Shown here: piece by piece, positions 7,858-12,330 of the stretch
How positions within the stretch are numbered: the first letter of the stretch is position 1
Layout of the letters: each line of letters begins with the position of its first letter
Source: Candidatus Micrarchaeota archaeon
GTDB taxonomy: Archaea; B1Sed10-29
Assembly: GCA_964388265.1 (NCBI GenBank)
Contig: CAYLXZ010000022.1
Span: 1-12,330, forward strand
Direction of reading: 5' to 3'
Length of the DNA: 12,330 nucleotides
Notes under the pieces: generated by a model
The model's database searches: none
What the model was told of the DNA's origin: nothing
What the model saw: the letters and a program-made list of their open reading frames with translations, nothing else
Position numbers and translations under genes: made by a program

Positions 7858-8490
7858 ATGAAGAGAAAATTCCTCGCAGTTGGAATAGTGCTCGCACTAT
7901 CAGTGTTCCTAGTTTCAGGATGTGTAGGTGGAGCACCAGGAAACGAAACAGGAGCAATAGAAGAACCACAGGAAACAGTGAATGAAACAGAAGAAACCCC
8001 ACAGAACGACACAGGAACCGAAGAACAAGGATCTCAAATAGGAGAAAACAAAATAGAAGCAGCAAATAGTCTAGCGTTTAAAGTAGAGTCAACTAAAGGA
8101 GAGACAGTAGATAAACACCGATTTAAAATCAAAAACATCGGAAAAGAGAACATGAAACTAAGAGCATATACGTACTCCCTAGATCCTAGTATAGACTACG
8201 AGAAAGAGTACACAATGATCCTAGATAAAGGAGAAGAAAAAGGATGGAAAATAGAAGATGGAGAGACAAAGAAGATATCAGAAATACCTCTCGACTTTTC
8301 CGACCACTGGTCCAGTGAGAAACAGATGAAATTCGACACCTATAAACTGGAATTAAGTTCGGCTCTAGATCAAGGAGACTGGGAATCAGGAGACTACACC
8401 TACCATGTAGATTGGAGCAACACCACAGTAAGCATCTACGATATAAAGATAAATCCAGATTTCTCCAACTCAGTATTCCAACCAAGCTAG
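7858..8490 (+). CDS. Secreted lipoprotein, 210 aa; start revised to ATG 7858
   Basis: Perfect SD GGAGGTGA at 7846-7853; signal MKRKFLAVGIVLALSVFLVSG-C with lipobox; acidic T/E linker with N-x-T sequons. Confidence 0.88.
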   Translation: MKRKFLAVGIVLALSVFLVSGCVGGAPGNETGAIEEPQETVNETEETPQNDTGTEEQGSQIGENKIEAANSLAFKVESTKGETVDKHRFKIKNIGKENMKLRAYTYSLDPSIDYEKEYTMILDKGEEKGWKIEDGETKKISEIPLDFSDHWSSEKQMKFDTYKLELSSALDQGDWESGDYTYHVDWSNTTVSIYDIKINPDFSNSVFQPS

Positions 8491-8502
8491 AAACCCGTAG
8501 AA

Positions 8503-8531
8503 ACCCCTGTAAGACCATTGTTAACAGGGGT
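8503..8531 (+). terminator. Stem-loop after the lipoprotein stop (possible terminator or mRNA stabiliser)
   Basis: ACCCCTGT (8503-8510) / ACAGGGGT (8524-8531), 8-bp perfect stem, followed by a pyrimidine-rich tract. Confidence 0.4.
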
Positions 8532-8596
8532 GCCTCTTATCTATTCTCCCCAAACTAATATAAAATCAAGAAGAGTAAGGAATACAGTGACATGAC

Positions 8597-8890
8597 ATGA
8601 ATCTATTTCCCTTGGGATTTTTCCAGGATAAAATTGGAGGATTATTCGGATTCAATAAATACACAAGCCAGTTATCCACATTCATCCTACTGGCTAAGAT
8701 TATAGTCCTACTTGTACTTGTCATGTACACCCACAAAGTGCTTGAACTAGATAAAAACTCGACTATAATAGCAGCAGCATTGGTTTTCCTGGTTTTCTTC
8801 ACTGATATCTGGATATTCGGAACCCTATGGGCCGTTGGCTTAACAATAATCGCTTTCCTGCTCATAGGCTTGCTGGGGTTCATCTCATAG
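8597..8890 (+). CDS. Small membrane protein, about 3 TM helices
   Basis: 97 aa with three hydrophobic stretches; its TAG stop overlaps the SD (AGGTGAT) of the next gene. Confidence 0.75.
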   Translation: MNLFPLGFFQDKIGGLFGFNKYTSQLSTFILLAKIIVLLVLVMYTHKVLELDKNSTIIAAALVFLVFFTDIWIFGTLWAVGLTIIAFLLIGLLGFIS

Positions 8891-8898
8891 GTGATTAA

Positions 8899-9606
8899 AT
8901 GGCTAGGAAAAGAAAAGGAAAAGATAAAGAGGCAAAACAAAGAGAGATCAAAGAAAGAACCAAAGAAGGAGCTTCTGATCCACTGGAAGAGAAAGTGGAG
9001 AACATCCAGAAGAGGCTGGAAAACATTCGAGAAGCCGTAGGAATACCTAAAGAAGAACTAGAAACCTCAGAAAAAGAAGAATCCGAAGAAGATAGAGAAA
9101 TGAAGAGGAAAATAAGGAAGAAAGAAGAAGAACTAGAGAGAAAAGGAGTAACTGGTTTTGGGAGGGATTACCAGATGAGTCAGTTTAAGAAAAAACAAAG
9201 GAAACTAAAGAAACTCAAAAAGCACTTCCCGAAGCTAGCTTCTCAAGAAGAGTTCCAAGAACTTTCCCTTGACCAGAAACTTAAGATCTCCCAGTATGGA
9301 CTGGAACTAAAGCAAGAGGAACTAGAAGAAGTGGCAAAGAAGACAGCTAACCAAGGGAAAACCATTGAACAAGCCGCTCTACAGGAAAAAGCTAAAGTAG
9401 CTAAGGATTACATTGATGAAATTGAGAAAAAGAGAGATAGAATCAAGAAACTGGAAGAAAAGCTTCAGGAAAAACAGCTCGATAAGGAAGAGAAAAAGAA
9501 AGTTAAGAAAAAGATAAAGAACCTAGAAAGGAAGTCGGAAATACGCGCTAAAGAAGCAGAAGTATTAATGGAACCAAGCCTAGATCAATTCAACCTAAAA
9601 AAGTGA
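8899..9606 (+). CDS. Hypothetical Lys/Glu-rich coiled-coil protein, 235 aa
   Basis: SD AGGTGAT before the ATG; heptad-like charged helices; no recognisable catalytic motif. Confidence 0.85.
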   Translation: MARKRKGKDKEAKQREIKERTKEGASDPLEEKVENIQKRLENIREAVGIPKEELETSEKEESEEDREMKRKIRKKEEELERKGVTGFGRDYQMSQFKKKQRKLKKLKKHFPKLASQEEFQELSLDQKLKISQYGLELKQEELEEVAKKTANQGKTIEQAALQEKAKVAKDYIDEIEKKRDRIKKLEEKLQEKQLDKEEKKKVKKKIKNLERKSEIRAKEAEVLMEPSLDQFNLKK

Positions 9607-9610
9607 TTAG

Positions 9611-10489
9611 ATGTGGTGGATAGTACTTACATTCACGGCGATTCTCCCTTTCACGGCAGGGGATCTAATAAATAAATTCATAGTCAGAGAAGAAGTGATG
9701 GACCCGCATCTAGCTGCAGCAATATTCGGATTCGTAACTTTCATAGTCTTCACGGTTGTTTCACTGGCGTTAAGTGGAGTTTTAACTCAGGTGAACGTGG
9801 TTCTACCTGGATTAGCCATTGGTATTTTGTCCACGGTGGGTCTCTGGTTCTACTTCTCAGCCATATCCAAGGAAGAGATATCCAGAGCAATGCCAATACT
9901 AGCTACAGCTCCGTTATTCGTTCTTCCCATGGCTTTTTTCCTTTTCGAAGAATCCTTCACTTCTCTCAAGTACCTTGGTATTGGTTTAGTGGTAACAGGA
10001 TCGATATCACTATCCTTCAAGAAGACTGGAGGAGTGTTTAAGTTCGATAAAGCGGCTGCGTTGATGTTCGTGACCGCCTTACTGTTCGCTATTAGAAACA
10101 TCTTGATTAAAATCCCTACTCAGTCACTGGGGGTGTGGCCTTTGTTGTTCTGGATGGGTGTGGGCCATGGAGTGTTATCTCTTGGTATTCTGCTGGTTCA
10201 TCATCCTCATTTGAAGAGAAAGGCTCAGAGAGGAGCTGAACATCTCTTCTTGACAGGTTCACTCAGTGCTTTAGGTATGGTGTCTCTCCTGACAGCTATA
10301 TCACTCGGACCTGTTTCACTCATATCTGCATTAGAAGGCGTGAAGCCTTTGCTCGTTCTGGTTTTCGCCACGCTCATAACTATCCTGCATCCGAGCTTCA
10401 TCCATGAAACAGTAACCAAGACAGTGGTTGCTCATAAAACCATTTCCACCTTGATGATTGTCTTAGGTGCGGCTCTCATAGTGCTTTAA
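9611..10489 (+). CDS. EamA/DMT family transporter
   Basis: 292 aa, about 10 TM segments in two repeats; YFSAISKEEISRAMPILATAPLFV...FLFEE and AISLGPVSLISAL motifs. Confidence 0.92.
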   Translation: MWWIVLTFTAILPFTAGDLINKFIVREEVMDPHLAAAIFGFVTFIVFTVVSLALSGVLTQVNVVLPGLAIGILSTVGLWFYFSAISKEEISRAMPILATAPLFVLPMAFFLFEESFTSLKYLGIGLVVTGSISLSFKKTGGVFKFDKAAALMFVTALLFAIRNILIKIPTQSLGVWPLLFWMGVGHGVLSLGILLVHHPHLKRKAQRGAEHLFLTGSLSALGMVSLLTAISLGPVSLISALEGVKPLLVLVFATLITILHPSFIHETVTKTVVAHKTISTLMIVLGAALIVL

Positions 10490-10522
10490 GTTTATGGATT
10501 TATTTGATTCTTTTCTTCTAGA

Positions 10523-10544
10523 TAAAACCAATGCTTTTATATAT
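10523..10544 (+). promoter_or_regulatory. BRE-TATA promoter for the LamG surface protein gene
   Basis: AAAACCAATGC-TTTTATATAT about 30 nt before ATG 10575. Confidence 0.55.
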
Positions 10545-10574
10545 CTTTTTTTTAGTTATTATGAAGGATAAACA

Positions 10575-12330
10575 ATGACTAAACTAAGACACCCCCTCAT
10601 AATCGGATTGACCCTAACCCTACTACTCGGCCTAACACAAGCAGCATGGTGGAACACAAACTACAGCTACCGCCGAAACATAACAGGCAGCACCTCAAGC
10701 CTACTCCTACCACTAAACCAATCCTCCACAAGCGACATAGACGGAAACACAGACAACGAAATGCTATACGGTGTTCCGTACTGGAAGGACTCATCTCTAG
10801 TTAGCCAGTGGACATTCGAAGAAGGCAGCGGCTCCACAGCCTACGACTACGCAGACGGAAACGACGGGAATATAAGTGGAGCTACATGGAACTCTACGAG
10901 TCAAGAGGGAGATTATTCTTTAGATTTCGATGGTTCTGACGACTACGTGGATACTGGATATACTCATCAAAATTCCACAGTCACACTATCTGTATGGATG
11001 AAGTTTGATACATTTGATGACGCCCAATGGACGGGACAACTTGGGAATGACTCTCGTGTGTATGTAGGGGCACTTGATAGTTCAACTTTACGAGGGAGTT
11101 TAGGTGATACGGGTGATGGTTTTGCTGATACTTCTGAGTTTAACTCTGATGATTGGAACCATATTGCCATTACTGGAGATGGGGATACAGGGCGACTTTA
11201 TGTTAATGGTGATTTTAAAGGCGATGGGAGTTACAGTTGGAAGGATTCTTACCCAGATGGATTTTATATAGGTGATATTGGAACTGGCTCTCATAATATT
11301 GACGGAAAAATCGACGACATCCGCATCTACGACCGTGCTCTGAATCAGTCTGAGATACAGGAGATTTATAATCAGTCTTACCAGGAGCATAACTCGATCT
11401 ACTACAATAATGACAGCGACGTGGTCAACACCGGTAACGGAACCGAACTCTGCCTCTTCAACACACTGAACACCCGTAAAAGCTGCCCACAGAAACCAAA
11501 CGGACTAGTATCACACTGGACGTTAGATGAAAACAACCCACAGGCAGAAACATGGGACCCAATAAACCAAAACAACGGCACACACAACGGAGCAAACGAC
11601 GGGACGCATACTAACTTCGAAGGAGACGAATTCACAACAGGGAAGATAAACGGAGCATACGACTTCGACGGAACAGACGACTACCTTAGTATACCTAGTT
11701 TAGGAATGGCTCCTACTTCTACTGTTACTGTATCGTCTTGGATTTATTTAGATGAAGAGGTAGCTGATGAGACTATCTTCGGTTTTGAAGGAGATCCTTC
11801 AGTATGGCTCTACATCGATGGCGGGAAGCCTACCTTTTGGTACTATGATGGCTCTAGTGGAAGCTCTTTGTCCACAAATTCTTCTTACATAACAACAGGT
11901 TCGTGGTACCATGTAGCAGCAGAGTTTGAGAATGATCATGTGAAGTTTTATGTCAACGGTTCTATGGTATATGAGGGGGATGTAGGCCTTGATGGAAGTA
12001 TAGCTGCGAGGTATGATGATAACAGAATAGGAGAACTCGGGTATTATGAAGGACATCATCTCGGAGGTAAAATAGACGATGCTCGAATCTACGACCGTGC
12101 TTTAAACCAGTCTGAAATCGAAGATATCTATAACTCCGGTAATGGTACGGAGTGGGGACCACGAGAAGGATTAGTCGGACAATGGCGACTAAACGAAGAT
12201 TCAACAGGCACTGTATACGATTCCGCTCGATTCACAGACGGACAGGTAAACAAAGGATACAGCTTCGACGGAAGTGATGATGTTGCTTCTACCTCTTATG
12301 CTACTGAGGATGGTAATGATTATTCTTATG
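10575..12330 (+). CDS. Secreted multi-domain LamG-like jellyroll (concanavalin A-like, Laminin_G_3) surface protein; 3' truncated, at least 585 aa; absent from the ORF track
   Basis: My translation is open from ATG 10575 to the window end. Signal peptide MTKLRHPLIIGLTLTLLLGLTQA-A, then WWNTNYSYRRNIT, and repeated LamG motifs LVSQWTFEEGSGSTAYD, FDGxDDY, WxHIA/WYHVA, YVNG, GKIDDxRIYDRALNQSEI. Many N-glycosylation sequons. Confidence 0.95.
   Translation, partial: MTKLRHPLIIGLTLTLLLGLTQAAWWNTNYSYRRNITGSTSSLLLPLNQSSTSDIDGNTDNEMLYGVPYWKDSSLVSQWTFEEGSGSTAYDYADGNDGNISGATWNSTSQEGDYSLDFDGSDDYVDTGYTHQNSTVTLSVWMKFDTFDDAQWTGQLGNDSRVYVGALDSSTLRGSLGDTGDGFADTSEFNSDDWNHIAITGDGDTGRLYVNGDFKGDGSYSWKDSYPDGFYIGDIGTGSHNIDGKIDDIRIYDRALNQSEIQEIYNQSYQEHNSIYYNNDSDVVNTGNGTELCLFNTLNTRKSCPQKPNGLVSHWTLDENNPQAETWDPINQNNGTHNGANDGTHTNFEGDEFTTGKINGAYDFDGTDDYLSIPSLGMAPTSTVTVSSWIYLDEEVADETIFGFEGDPSVWLYIDGGKPTFWYYDGSSGSSLSTNSSYITTGSWYHVAAEFENDHVKFYVNGSMVYEGDVGLDGSIAARYDDNRIGELGYYEGHHLGGKIDDARIYDRALNQSEIEDIYNSGNGTEWGPREGLVGQWRLNEDSTGTVYDSARFTDGQVNKGYSFDGSDDVASTSYATEDGNDYSY
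11325..12101 (+). repeat. Direct repeat ATCTACGACCGTGCT (11325-11339 and 12087-12101) at LamG domain ends
   Basis: Exact 15-mer 762 bp apart and in frame (IYDRA); similarity continues through CAGTCTGA. A second exact repeat, CTTCGACGGAA, is at 11663-11673 and 12263-12273. Confidence 0.85.

Noticed and set aside
10597..12204. Six short minus-strand ORFs in the track
   Set aside because: All are antisense to the continuous LamG gene, which the track missed because its stop lies outside the window.
10773..12330. Diversity-generating retroelement (TR/VR pair) in the surface protein
   Set aside because: Repeats are short and differ at synonymous, non-adenine-specific positions; no reverse transcriptase in the window.

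Overview
Archaeal chromosomal window, judged from topoisomerase VI genes, GGTGA-type Shine-Dalgarno (SD) sites and BRE/TATA promoters. The Glu/Lys-rich proteins and LamG surface protein would fit a salt-adapted, possibly DPANN-like lineage (inference only). Left to right: the 5' half of a tRNA (minus, truncated); a small hypothetical; a minus-strand cluster of a HAD phosphatase fused to a Dim2/Pno1-type KH protein, top6B, top6A and DUF1699-HTH; a divergent ABC-2 exporter; a very basic 79-aa ORF; an MBL-fold hydrolase; a lipoprotein; a small membrane protein; a coiled-coil protein; an EamA transporter; and a secreted multi-LamG surface protein (10575 to window end) that the ORF track misses. 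Best leads: (1) the in-frame HAD-KH fusion at the position usually held by RIO1 kinase; (2) the nested, mosaic LamG gene, with an apparently circularly permuted inserted domain and sharp codon-usage switches at conserved motifs; (3) a dyad-symmetric bidirectional promoter at 4866-4903. No CRISPR array, transposase, integrase or reverse transcriptase was seen.
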